NCBI GenBank assembly: GCA_051859245.1
Contig: JBHYGA010000005.1
Location: forward strand, 192,001 to 256,000
Length of the DNA: 64,000 nt
Direction: 5' to 3'
Source: Gemmatimonadaceae bacterium
Lineage (GTDB): Bacteria; Gemmatimonadota; Gemmatimonadetes; Gemmatimonadales; Gemmatimonadaceae
The stretch's first letter is position 1. Each line of letters starts with the position of its first letter. Both the position numbers and the translations under genes were made by a program. This document shows positions 29,407 through 39,258 of the stretch, piece after piece. The notes below the pieces were generated by a model. It was not told the DNA's origin. It did not search any database and saw only the letters and a program-made list of their open reading frames with translations.

Positions 29407-29482
29407 TTCCATCTCAGTTGCTCTGCTTCGCGAAGGACGCGAAGAAGAGCAACAGATATCTTGGGAGGGCTTTGCGCCGGCG

Positions 29483-31306
29483 TTAGTGCCCCGACGCGCC
29501 GCCTGATCGACGCGGTTCTGGGACGCCTTCCCAACCGCCCTTCACGCGCATGATGGCGTTCACGTTCACGAGCGCACGCACTGGCTGCAGCGCCCAACCC
29601 ATCGCGCGCAGTGAATCGGCGACTGCGGTGGTCATGCCGCCTGTTTCGTAGCGCAGTGAATCGGGCAGCGCCTGATGATGCAAACGTGGCGCGCGCATCG
29701 CGTCCGCGAGATTCATGCGGTGATCGAGCACGTTGAGCACCACTTGCGATGTGCCGGTAATAATCGTGGGGCCGCCGGCGGCACCAACAACGAGCAACAC
29801 CTGACTCGCCGAATCGAGCACAATGGTAGGTGACATCGCGCTCAGCATGCGCTTGCCCGGCTGAATTGCGTTCTGCTCACCCTGCACGAGGCCGAACATG
29901 TTTGGCATGCCAGGCTGTGCCGCGAAGTCGTCCATTTCGTTGTTCAGAAAGAACCCCGCACCGCGTACCCACACACCGGAGCCCCAGCTGCCATTCAGCG
30001 TGGTGGTGGTGGCGACGGCGTTGCCCGCACGATCCACCACCGAGTAGTGCGTGGTGTTCATCGGTTCACGCAGCGGCGCCTTCATCATGCTGTCTACAGC
30101 TCGCGTTGGCGTGGCACGATCATCACGCACCGTGCTGCGCAACTGACGCGCGTACGTTTTGCTGATCAGCTGATCGAGTGGCACGCTGATAAAGTCTGGA
30201 TCACCGAGTTTGCTGTTGCGATCCACAAACGCGCGTTGGTAGGCACTGGCGACGGAGTGGTGCCACATGGTGCTGCCGTGCGGTGCGGTTCGCGGCCACG
30301 TTTCGAGAATGTTGAGTGACTCGGTCATCGTCACACCACCGCTCGACGACGGCGGCATGGCCAGCAGTGTAAAGCCGCGATACGTGGAGCGAATGGGTGT
30401 GCGTTCGCGCGGCTTGTACCCCGCGAGATCTTCGCGCGTGATGATGCCACCACCGCGCGACATCTCGGCCACGAGTGAATCGGCAACCCAGCCGCGATAA
30501 AACCCCTGCACGCCGTTGTCCGCAATGGCCTGCAGTGTGCGTGCGAGTTCTGGCTGCACCAAACGTGCACCGGTTGTCAGCGGTTGTCCGTTCGGAAAAA
30601 ACAGCGTCTTGCCCTCAAAGCGCGGAACCCGATCGGTGCCGCGAATCGAGCTCGCAAGCGCCGAGTCGACGACAAAACCATCGCGCGCAAGTTTGATGGC
30701 CGGCTGAATCACATCGCGCAACGACATCGTGCCGTAACGCTCCAGCGCGTGTGCCATGCCGGCCACTGCGCCCGGTACGCCCGACGCGAGATGTCCCACA
30801 ATGCTCTTGTCGGTGAGCTTGCCGTTGCTATCCAGATACATGTCGCGCGATGACGCCTTGGGTGCGATCTCGCGGTAATCAATGGCGGCGGTGCGTCCAT
30901 CGGCGAGTTTGATCACCATGTAACCGCCGCCGCCAATGTTGCCGGCTTCCGGCCACGTCACGGCCAGCGCAAACCCGAGTGCCACGGCGGCGTCCACCGC
31001 ATTGCCGCCACGCTTGAGAATTTCGGCGGCCGCATCACTCGCGTGCGTACTGTTGCTCACGGCCATCGCATTCGGCGCGAACGTGGCCTGCGCACCCGCA
31101 GGCAGGCGCCACGTACTGGGGAACTGCGCCGCCACACGTGGGGCAATGCGTGGATCACCTGGTGCGCGTGACACACCACTGACGCCGGCCGACGCACCAC
31201 TGCTCATGCTCGTGCTCGATTGCGACGAACTGTACGAGCACGCAGACAACGCAACCGTATGACACACCACGAGCACCGCGAACGCGCGGCGAACAAACTG
31301 GCTCAT
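29483..31306 (-). CDS. ggt: Gamma-glutamyltransferase
   Basis: GGNAVDAA, GNIGGGG, IDYRE, GVPG, PPSSSGG, nucleophile motif NTTHYSVVD, NNEMDDF, PGKRMLSAMSPT. Confidence 0.96.
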   Translation of the reverse strand: MSQFVRRAFAVLVVCHTVALSACSYSSSQSSTSMSSGASAGVSGVSRAPGDPRIAPRVAAQFPSTWRLPAGAQATFAPNAMAVSNSTHASDAAAEILKRGGNAVDAAVALGFALAVTWPEAGNIGGGGYMVIKLADGRTAAIDYREIAPKASSRDMYLDSNGKLTDKSIVGHLASGVPGAVAGMAHALERYGTMSLRDVIQPAIKLARDGFVVDSALASSIRGTDRVPRFEGKTLFFPNGQPLTTGARLVQPELARTLQAIADNGVQGFYRGWVADSLVAEMSRGGGIITREDLAGYKPRERTPIRSTYRGFTLLAMPPSSSGGVTMTESLNILETWPRTAPHGSTMWHHSVASAYQRAFVDRNSKLGDPDFISVPLDQLISKTYARQLRSTVRDDRATPTRAVDSMMKAPLREPMNTTHYSVVDRAGNAVATTTTLNGSWGSGVWVRGAGFFLNNEMDDFAAQPGMPNMFGLVQGEQNAIQPGKRMLSAMSPTIVLDSASQVLLVVGAAGGPTIITGTSQVVLNVLDHRMNLADAMRAPRLHHQALPDSLRYETGGMTTAVADSLRAMGWALQPVRALVNVNAIMRVKGGWEGVPEPRRSGGASGH

Positions 31307-31381
31307 GTGAAACTCGGGCGGGAGATGAAGGTGGGAAACAGCAGAGGATCAGGAGTGAACCATGTGAAAATCAACGGCACA

Positions 31382-32110
31382 TCAGCGACGTGATCCCAGT
31401 CCATAACGAAGCGTCACGCGTGTGTTGCGCGTGCTGTAGGTGCGTTTGGTGTTCTCGGGCAACTGATCCCCACTGTGCCACGCGATACCAAAGTCCTGTA
31501 CAAACGCGAGATGAAAGTCGTTGGAGAGTGCGAAGCCGAGTCCGTAACCGATGCCGGCGGTGACATCGAATGTGTTTTCCACCGGCAATGCCACGCCGTC
31601 TGATTTCACGCGCATGTTGCGAAAGCCGATCACACCGCCGGTGGCTTCAACAATCTGGTACAGCCCCTCGGCCGCGTTGCCGCCGCGCAGCACGCCCTGA
31701 ATGCCCATCAGGTCCACCTGTCCGGTGCACCCCGTAAACTGGCATTGCGTGGCTGACGTTGGATCCGGTGGGAGGGGAGCGTCTACGCCGTTGACACCCG
31801 CGAGCGGCCGATACTGAAAATCCACCGTGCCGTAGTTCACCGCGATACCCAGCGTGGTCGTGGGCTGAATGGCCTTCTCCAGCGTGCCACGCATCTGCCA
31901 GCGCGGGTCGCCCCCAAAGTCCCACGTGGACCCTGACTTGCCGTCATTCACCGCGCCCAGCCCGGCGACCACCGCACCGCCGCTGAGCCACCAGTTGCTC
32001 ATGCCGCTGTTCGCCCGACGAGGCGCCTGACCCCCGCGGATCTGAGCCGAAAGCGGGGCGCTGGCAACAGTCAGTGCCGCGAGCAGAGCAAAAAATGAGG
32101 TTGATCGCAT
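31382..32110 (-). CDS. Secreted, probable outer-membrane beta-barrel protein
   Basis: Signal peptide ending LSA-Q; alternating amphipathic strands; terminal RVTLRYGL. Confidence 0.6.
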   Translation of the reverse strand: MRSTSFFALLAALTVASAPLSAQIRGGQAPRRANSGMSNWWLSGGAVVAGLGAVNDGKSGSTWDFGGDPRWQMRGTLEKAIQPTTTLGIAVNYGTVDFQYRPLAGVNGVDAPLPPDPTSATQCQFTGCTGQVDLMGIQGVLRGGNAAEGLYQIVEATGGVIGFRNMRVKSDGVALPVENTFDVTAGIGYGLGFALSNDFHLAFVQDFGIAWHSGDQLPENTKRTYSTRNTRVTLRYGLGSRR

Positions 32111-32190
32111 GCCAAGTTGTGAAGTGCCTTGCGGTTCGGTTACCCTAGGAGGAAAGCTAACCCCTCACTGCTACCCGTGACTCCCCTTCT

Positions 32191-33093
32191 GTGACACACG
32201 CACCGCTCGACCCACGCATGACCGAGCGCCGCAATCCGCGGTCGACCAACATTGATCTCGCGACACCGGAAGAAATCGTGGAGATCATGAGTGCCGAAGA
32301 TCGCACCGTAGCCGATGTCGTGGCCACGCAAGCGCGTCCCATTGCCCAGCTCATTGAATATGTGGAGCGCGCGTTTCGTGGCGAGGGACGATTGTTGTAC
32401 GTGGGCGCCGGGACCTCGGGCCGACTCGGTGTGCTCGATGCGAGTGAGTGTCCACCAACATTTGGTGCCGACCCCAAACGTGTGGTCGGCATTATTGCCG
32501 GTGGTGATCACGCGCTGCGCAATGCGGTGGAAGGCGCCGAAGATTCGCCCACCGATGGTGCCGCCGCGATTGACGCACATCACGTCACGAAAGACGATGT
32601 TGTCGTAGGCATCGCCGCGTCGGGTACCACGCCATTTGTACACGGTGCACTGCAACGCGCGCACGCGCTCGGCGCCATCACCGGACTGGTCGCGTGTTCT
32701 GAACCTCCCATTGAATCGCGTGAGTATGTGCACGTGCCGGTGATTGCGATCACCGGTCCGGAAGTGGTCACCGGATCAACGCGCCTTAAGGCCGGCACCG
32801 CCACCAAGTTGATCCTGAACATGATCACCACCGGCGCCTTCATTCGCATTGGCAAAACGTACGGCAACCTGATGGTGGATCTGCGCGCCACCAACAACAA
32901 ACTCGTGGATCGCAGCGAACGCATTGTCATGGACGTATGCGGCGTATCACGGGAAGAAGCGCGCGAACTGCTCGTCGCCGCGCAGGGTCGTGTGAAGCAC
33001 GCCATTGTGATGCAGGCACTCGGCACTGATCGCGATTCTGCGATCGCGCGACTCGAACAGGAAGGCGGTGTGATCCGACGGGTGCTGAAATGA
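32191..33093 (+). CDS. murQ: N-acetylmuramic acid 6-phosphate etherase
   Basis: TERRNP, GAGTSGRLGVLDASECPPTF, GPEVVTGSTRLKAGTATKLILN, YGNLMVD. Confidence 0.97.
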   Translation: MTHAPLDPRMTERRNPRSTNIDLATPEEIVEIMSAEDRTVADVVATQARPIAQLIEYVERAFRGEGRLLYVGAGTSGRLGVLDASECPPTFGADPKRVVGIIAGGDHALRNAVEGAEDSPTDGAAAIDAHHVTKDDVVVGIAASGTTPFVHGALQRAHALGAITGLVACSEPPIESREYVHVPVIAITGPEVVTGSTRLKAGTATKLILNMITTGAFIRIGKTYGNLMVDLRATNNKLVDRSERIVMDVCGVSREEARELLVAAQGRVKHAIVMQALGTDRDSAIARLEQEGGVIRRVLK

Positions 33094-34292
33094 GCGTACA
33101 CGAAACCACGCCCGCGAGCACACACCCGCACGCGCACGCTGACGTCATCATCGGTTTGATGTCGGGCACGTCACTCGACGGCATTACCGCGGCCGCGGCC
33201 ACATTTCGCGACGTTGGCGCACGCGTGGAACCCACGCTGCTCGCTCAGGCGCATCGTCCCTTTGCTCCCGAAGAACGCGCGCGTTTGCTTGACGCCATGC
33301 AAGGCGGCACTGCACGCAAATACTGCATGTTGTCGGTTGATCTGGCGCACTGGCTCGCCGATGCCGCCGAACTTGCGATCACGGCCAGTGGTGTACCGCG
33401 CAGCCGCGTGCGCGCGGTGGTATCACACGGACAAACGCTGTGGCACGAACCCGGCCACAGCACGTGGCAGCTCGGTCAACCGGCAGTGCTCGCGGAACGC
33501 CTCGGCATTGATGTGATCAGCGATGTTCGCGCTCGCGACGTGGCCGCAGGCGGGCAGGGCGCACCGCTCGTGAGTGCGGCCGACGTGATGTGCTTTTCGC
33601 ACGACACCGAATGGCGCGTGCTGCAGAACATCGGTGGTATTGGCAATCTCACACTGGTGCCGCCGGCCGGATCGGCGCACGCTCCGATTGCCTTTGACAC
33701 GGGCCCGGGCGTGGTGATCATGGACGGCGTGGTGCGGGCGCTCGTACCGGGGCTCGTGTATGACGTAGACGGCGTGCTGGCTTCACAGGGCGAACCGCTC
33801 ATTGAAGTCGTGCGTGAATGTCTAACGCACCCGTACTTCAAGGCCTCGCCGCCCAAAACCACCGGCCGCGAGCTGTTTACCATTGATTATATTTCACGAT
33901 TCATCGACTCGTGCCGAGCAGCGTCGCCGGCCGTGTCTGTGGCAGATATCGTTGCCACTGCCGTGTTGTTCACGGCTGAGTCCATCGCTGACCAAATCGC
34001 ACGCTTCGTGAACGTTCCTGTTGCTCAGCTCGTGGTCGCCGGTGGCGGCGCCGACAATCCGTCGCTCATGTCCGCACTCGCACGCGCGTTGCCAGCGCGA
34101 CTCGGCAGCGGCGCACCTCAGGTGCTCCGGTTCAGCGAGCTGTTCTTCAGCGGCGACGCGAAAGAAGCGGTGGCGTTTGCGCTCATCGGGTGGCTGCACG
34201 TGCAACAGCGCGCGGGTAACGTGCCCAGTGCCACGGGCGCGCGCGGTGCACGGGTACTGGGATCGTTCACGCCTGCACACACTGCCTCGTGA
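33090..34292 (+). CDS. anmK: Anhydro-N-acetylmuramic acid kinase
   Basis: IGLMSGTSLDG, SHGQT, DVAAGGQGAPLV, NIGGIGN, FDTGPG, PPKTTGRE, KEAVAFA. Confidence 0.96.
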   Translation: MSVHETTPASTHPHAHADVIIGLMSGTSLDGITAAAATFRDVGARVEPTLLAQAHRPFAPEERARLLDAMQGGTARKYCMLSVDLAHWLADAAELAITASGVPRSRVRAVVSHGQTLWHEPGHSTWQLGQPAVLAERLGIDVISDVRARDVAAGGQGAPLVSAADVMCFSHDTEWRVLQNIGGIGNLTLVPPAGSAHAPIAFDTGPGVVIMDGVVRALVPGLVYDVDGVLASQGEPLIEVVRECLTHPYFKASPPKTTGRELFTIDYISRFIDSCRAASPAVSVADIVATAVLFTAESIADQIARFVNVPVAQLVVAGGGADNPSLMSALARALPARLGSGAPQVLRFSELFFSGDAKEAVAFALIGWLHVQQRAGNVPSATGARGARVLGSFTPAHTAS

Positions 34293-35770
34293 GCGCCGCC
34301 AGCACGATGCGTGAGCTCGCACAGTTGGTGATTCCCGCACTCACATGGCGTTCGCCCGGCGGGTTTGATCACGAGAAGGAACGCATCAGCGAATATCTCG
34401 CCATGGGTGTGGGCGGTTTTCTGCTCATTGGTGGTGATCAGGAAAATGTGCGCGCGCTCGCCAAGCGGTTGCAGCGCGAAAGCAAACATCCGTTGCTCAT
34501 TGCCGCTGATCTCGAGCGCGGTGCAGGGCAGCAGTTCGTCGGGGCCACCGGCCTGCCACCGCTGGCCGCGATTGCCGCACTTGATGACATCGAAGCACTC
34601 AAGCGCGCCGCACGGTTAACGGCACGTGAAGCGCGCACCATGGGTGTGAACTGGAATCTCTCGCCCGTGTGCGACGTGGATTGGGAGTCCGAAAATCCAG
34701 TGGTTGGCACGCGCGCGTTTGGCACGGATTTCATGCGTGTGGGCAAACTCGCCGCGGCGTGGATTGAAGCGTGTCAGAGTGAAGGCGTGCTCGCCTGCGC
34801 CAAACACTTTCCCGGACACGGCCGCACCGTTGATGATTCCCATCTCACGCTGCCCGTGGTCGACGCGCCGCTCGATGTGCTGAAGGAGCAAGACCTCGCA
34901 CCGTTTCGTGCCGCGATTACTGCGGGCGTAGCGTCGATCATGACGGCGCACGTGGCGTACCCCACGCTCGATCCGAGTGGATTGCCCGCCACGTTGTCGC
35001 GCGAAATTTTGCAGTGGTTGCTGCGTCAACAGCTCAAGTTCGACAATCTTGTGGTGGCCGACGCGCTGATCATGCGTGGTGTGCTCGAAGGGCGCGACGA
35101 AACCGAAGCCGCAGTGATGGCCGTGCAGGCGGGCTGCGATGTGCTGTTGCAGCCGGACGATCTCGTGGCCGTGGTCGACGCACTCGAGCGTGCGCGCAGC
35201 GATGGCCGTCTTGATCCTGAAGTCGCGCGTCGCGCCTTGCGCCGGCGTCTCAAGTGGGCGCAGTGGGCCTCACCGCCTAACGACTGGCGCCGCCCCTCAG
35301 GGGCCGACACCGCGTGGGGTGCCTTGCTCGCGGATCGCTGCGTACGCATTGAGCACGGCCCGTTGCCGGCGCTCGCGTCCGTGACCGAAGTGGCGATTGT
35401 CGACGATGATGTACACGTGCCAGGCGCGCACGCATCGCGCAACGCACTGCTCGATGCGCTGCGTACGGCCGGTGTGGACGCGCGTCGCGCAGATGCGCCG
35501 AGCGCAATCAGTGGCGGTCCGTTTGTGATCGCCGTATTTGGTGATCGACTGCCGTCAAAGGGGCGCGCGGGATTGTCTGCCGATACCGCGGCACGCGTGA
35601 CGCAACTGGTGGCCGCCGCTCAGAATGCCGAGCGCAGCGTGATTCTCTGTGCGCTGGGTGATCCGCGTTTGGTGCAGGCACTTGGCTACAATATGCCAAC
35701 GGTGCACGCGTGGAGCGGTGACACGGTCATGCAACACGCCGCGGCGCGTGCCATGGCCAAACAGAAATAA
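34289..35770 (+). CDS. nagZ: GH3 beta-N-acetylglucosaminidase (NagZ-like)
   Basis: DLERG, KHFPGHG, DSH, IMTAHV; coupled to murQ-anmK. Confidence 0.88.
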   Translation: MSAASTMRELAQLVIPALTWRSPGGFDHEKERISEYLAMGVGGFLLIGGDQENVRALAKRLQRESKHPLLIAADLERGAGQQFVGATGLPPLAAIAALDDIEALKRAARLTAREARTMGVNWNLSPVCDVDWESENPVVGTRAFGTDFMRVGKLAAAWIEACQSEGVLACAKHFPGHGRTVDDSHLTLPVVDAPLDVLKEQDLAPFRAAITAGVASIMTAHVAYPTLDPSGLPATLSREILQWLLRQQLKFDNLVVADALIMRGVLEGRDETEAAVMAVQAGCDVLLQPDDLVAVVDALERARSDGRLDPEVARRALRRRLKWAQWASPPNDWRRPSGADTAWGALLADRCVRIEHGPLPALASVTEVAIVDDDVHVPGAHASRNALLDALRTAGVDARRADAPSAISGGPFVIAVFGDRLPSKGRAGLSADTAARVTQLVAAAQNAERSVILCALGDPRLVQALGYNMPTVHAWSGDTVMQHAAARAMAKQK

Positions 35771-35797
35771 CCTGCGTGCGCAACTGTGTGGCTGCGA

Positions 35798-37015
35798 CTA
35801 GCGGCCGCGCAGCAGTTGCCAGAGTAACCAGGCGGCGGCCGCAAGGCCGAGCAGAATCAGCAGAAACATGATCGGCCGGGCGCGCGCTTTGCGTGCGTCT
35901 GAATCGCGGTTGCTTCCGCCACCACTGCCGCCACTTCCGCCGCCCGCGCCCTGTAGTGGGGCCGACATGGCGACCATCGCATTCAGCGGCTGCGACGCTT
36001 CTGTTTTGTAGGGCGACGGACGCGGTCCGTTCACTTGCTGCGCTTCTTCTTCGCCCAATGTGCCGCGCAGTGGATACACGAGATGTCCTACTTCATCAGA
36101 CTCGAGCGCGGCGTGCAGCCCCTGTCCGTCAAACAACGCGGTGACCACCGTGATGTTGTCAGGTCCGCCCAGTTCATTCGCACGCGCAATCAGGCGGTGA
36201 CACAATACGGCCGGGTCTGATTCTTCACGCGCGGCGTCTTCAATGTCATTGGCGCGCACTACACCCGAGAGTCCGTCACTACACACGATCAGCATGTCGC
36301 CCAGGCGAAGCTGCTGATGGGTGAGATCAATCTTGACGGTGGGTTCCGGGCCGAGTGCTTGCAGAATGATGTTGCGTCGCTCGCTCGCTTCGGCCTGCTC
36401 CACAGAAATTTCGCCGGCGTCAACCAGGCGCTGCATGAGCGATTGGTCGCGCGTGAGCAAAATCAGTTTGTCATCGCGAAAGAGATACGCACGACTGTCA
36501 CCAACTTGCGCGATGTACACCGTGTCGCCAAAAAGGCCCGCGATCGTGGCCGTGGTGCCCATGCCACGATGCTGCGGGTTCTCACGCGCAAAACTGTAAA
36601 TGCGTGCGTTGGCGAGTTCGGCCGCATCGCGCAGCGCTGTGGCAAACGCTTCGGCGGTGGGCTGCGTGTTGCGTCTCCACCCGCGCGCCAACTCCTCAAA
36701 CACCACCTCGGCGGCCATCGCGCTAGCCAGCTCGCCGGCTGCCGCACCGCCCATGCCGTCGGCCACGGCAAACAACAGTCCGTGCGTACCGAGTGACCGC
36801 ACCTCTGTGCCGTGCTCAAACGACAGCACATGCTCGGCCTCAAGATCGGCCACGAGATACGTGTCTTCGTTGTGTTCACGCGTGTGCCCCACGTCCGTCG
36901 CCCCGTAGAGGCGAACGACGACGCGCGGATCGGCGTCTGGGGGTACAGGAGTTGGATGCAGAGCGAAGGAGGTCACATGGGGAGGGATAGCCGGATCAGA
37001 GCGACGTGCATGCAT
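35798..37015 (-). CDS. PP2C-family Ser/Thr phosphatase with a C-terminal TM helix (start may be ~36976)
   Basis: TDVGHTREHNED, VADGMGG, MGTT, QVGDSRAY, CSDGL, GGPDNITV. Confidence 0.94.
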   Translation of the reverse strand: MHARRSDPAIPPHVTSFALHPTPVPPDADPRVVVRLYGATDVGHTREHNEDTYLVADLEAEHVLSFEHGTEVRSLGTHGLLFAVADGMGGAAAGELASAMAAEVVFEELARGWRRNTQPTAEAFATALRDAAELANARIYSFARENPQHRGMGTTATIAGLFGDTVYIAQVGDSRAYLFRDDKLILLTRDQSLMQRLVDAGEISVEQAEASERRNIILQALGPEPTVKIDLTHQQLRLGDMLIVCSDGLSGVVRANDIEDAAREESDPAVLCHRLIARANELGGPDNITVVTALFDGQGLHAALESDEVGHLVYPLRGTLGEEEAQQVNGPRPSPYKTEASQPLNAMVAMSAPLQGAGGGSGGSGGGSNRDSDARKARARPIMFLLILLGLAAAAWLLWQLLRGR

Positions 37016-37227
37016 TTATCCCTACGGCGCAATTCTGCCACAGGTTCCGTTCCGGCCGAACCGAACGGGGGTATAATGGGCTTCAGCGCCGAGGCGGTCA
37101 ACGCATTGGGCTCGTTCTTGCATTTTTGTGGGACCAGCGGTCTGTCACGGGACAGCGTGTAGGCACAATTACGGACCCGTTGTGGCGGCACGCTCGACAT
37201 ACAGGCCGACGGTGTTGAGCTTTGTGT

Positions 37228-39255
37228 ATGCCTCACTCTCATGTATTTGCCCGGACCGCAGCGGTGCTCGGTGCCACGTTCGTGCTCACGTCCTGCGGCG
37301 CGGGTCGCGCGGGCGGCGTATCCACCGGCGCCTCGTCGAACGTTTCGCCTAACGCTGTTAGCGGCGCCGATGTCACCCGCGCACCGGTATTGCTGCCGGT
37401 AGTACCGGCCGTGCGCGGCGCTATTGCCGTGCGTGTGCAGCATCCGGCCAACAACGCGCTGCTCAATGTGGACTCGACCTTCATTTTCGGAACGGTGGGT
37501 ACAGGAGACGCGACGTTGCGCATCAATGGCCGCGAGATTCCCGTGGCGGAGAATGGTGCGTTTCTCGGATTCGTGGCCGTGCCACGTGCGGCGCGGCCCA
37601 CGGATACGCTGGCGCTCGTGCTCGATGTGTCGCGCACCGATGCCGCGGGTGCGATGACCGATTCCGCGCGACGCGTGATTCGTGTGCGTCGCTCCAGTGT
37701 GATGCCACTGCCGCTGAGCGGCCCGCTTGTGGTGGATAGCAGTAGCGTGCAACCGCAGGGCAGCATGCGCGTGCGCGCCGACGAACTCGTGCGCGTGAGT
37801 GTGCGAGCGCCGGCGAACGCCACCGCCTGGGTGCGTACGGGGGACGCGCGCACCGTGCCGCTTGTCCGTACCGTCGATGTGAACTTCACGACCGCGCAAG
37901 CCGCGTCATCGCAAGCCGCGTCGTCGCAAGCCGCGTTATCGCGAGCGGTCGCACCGGTGAACAATGACAACGGCACGCTCTTCTCCGGAGAAGTGCGGGC
38001 CGATCAGCTCACCAGCGCGGCGCGACTGATCGTGGCCCGTGATGCTGATACCATGCGTTTTACGCTCATGAATCCGGACATGCTGCTGCCGAACGCACCG
38101 CGCGTGTACGGTGTGCTGCGCAGCCGGGCCGCGGGATTGGTGGCGCAGAGTGATACCGATCGTGTGGTCGCGGCGCGCCCTATTCCCGACGGCTTTTCCA
38201 AGTGGGCGCTGCTCCCCGGCACGCAGCTCGAAATTACCGGCGTGCAAGGCAGCCAAACACGCGTGCGATTTGACAGTCAGCTGGAAACGTGGGTGCCGAC
38301 TGACGACATCGTGCCGCTGGCCGACGGCGCGCCTGGCGCGCGACGTATTGTGGGTGGCATGCGTGTAGTGCCATCGCGCGAATACGTAGACGTGATCATT
38401 CCCACCGGCATGCGGCCCGCGTTTCTGGTGGAGCCCGATGAGCAGCGACTAGTCGTAACACTGTACGACACGCGCTTGAGCCCCGAGATCTCGCCCATGA
38501 TTGGCAACGATCCACTCGTGCAACAGCTGGCGTGGGATCCGGTGGCCACTGATCGCACAAAACTCGAAGTGCGGTTGTCGCAACCGGTGTTTGGCTGGTT
38601 GGCGTTGTGGGATGACAATCGCCGAGCACTGGTGCTGCGTGTGCGCAGGGTGCCGCCGATCAAGGCATCGCGTCCACTCGCGGGATTGGTATTGGCCGTA
38701 GACGCGGGACATCCACCGGGTGGTGCCACGGGCCCCACCGGTCTCACCGAAGCAGACGCGGTGCTGCCCGTTGCGCAGAAGCTCGCTACCATGCTGCGGG
38801 CACGCGGTGCAACAGTAGTCATGACGCGCGACACACGCGAAACGGTGGCCCTCACCGACCGACCTGTGATTACGCGCCGTGCCAACGCGCACGCGTTTTT
38901 GTCGGTGCATCTGAATGCATTTGGCGACGGAACGAATCCGTTTGTGAATCACGGCACGAGCACGTTGTTTTTTCATCAGCCTTCGGAACCACTGGCGCGT
39001 TTTGTGCAAACTGAACTGATGAAGCAGATCGGGCAGCGTGATCTCGGTATTCATTACCAGAGTCTCGCGATTGCGCGCGCTACATGGTATCCGTCCATCC
39101 TTGCCGAAGGACTGTTCCTCATGTTCCCCGATCAGGAAGCGGCCATGCGGCGGGAAGACTGGCAGGAGCGATACGCGCGTGCGATTGCCGATGGCGCCGA
39201 GAAATACTTCAAAGAACTCGGCCGGCGCGTGTACGGCGATCGGGATCAGCAGTAG
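37228..39255 (+). CDS. N-acetylmuramoyl-L-alanine amidase (Amidase_3), lipoprotein
   Basis: LTSC lipobox; VDAGHPPG, TE, TR, SVHLNA, ILAEG catalytic-domain motifs. Confidence 0.88.
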   Translation: MPHSHVFARTAAVLGATFVLTSCGAGRAGGVSTGASSNVSPNAVSGADVTRAPVLLPVVPAVRGAIAVRVQHPANNALLNVDSTFIFGTVGTGDATLRINGREIPVAENGAFLGFVAVPRAARPTDTLALVLDVSRTDAAGAMTDSARRVIRVRRSSVMPLPLSGPLVVDSSSVQPQGSMRVRADELVRVSVRAPANATAWVRTGDARTVPLVRTVDVNFTTAQAASSQAASSQAALSRAVAPVNNDNGTLFSGEVRADQLTSAARLIVARDADTMRFTLMNPDMLLPNAPRVYGVLRSRAAGLVAQSDTDRVVAARPIPDGFSKWALLPGTQLEITGVQGSQTRVRFDSQLETWVPTDDIVPLADGAPGARRIVGGMRVVPSREYVDVIIPTGMRPAFLVEPDEQRLVVTLYDTRLSPEISPMIGNDPLVQQLAWDPVATDRTKLEVRLSQPVFGWLALWDDNRRALVLRVRRVPPIKASRPLAGLVLAVDAGHPPGGATGPTGLTEADAVLPVAQKLATMLRARGATVVMTRDTRETVALTDRPVITRRANAHAFLSVHLNAFGDGTNPFVNHGTSTLFFHQPSEPLARFVQTELMKQIGQRDLGIHYQSLAIARATWYPSILAEGLFLMFPDQEAAMRREDWQERYARAIADGAEKYFKELGRRVYGDRDQQ

Positions 39256-39258
39256 CCT

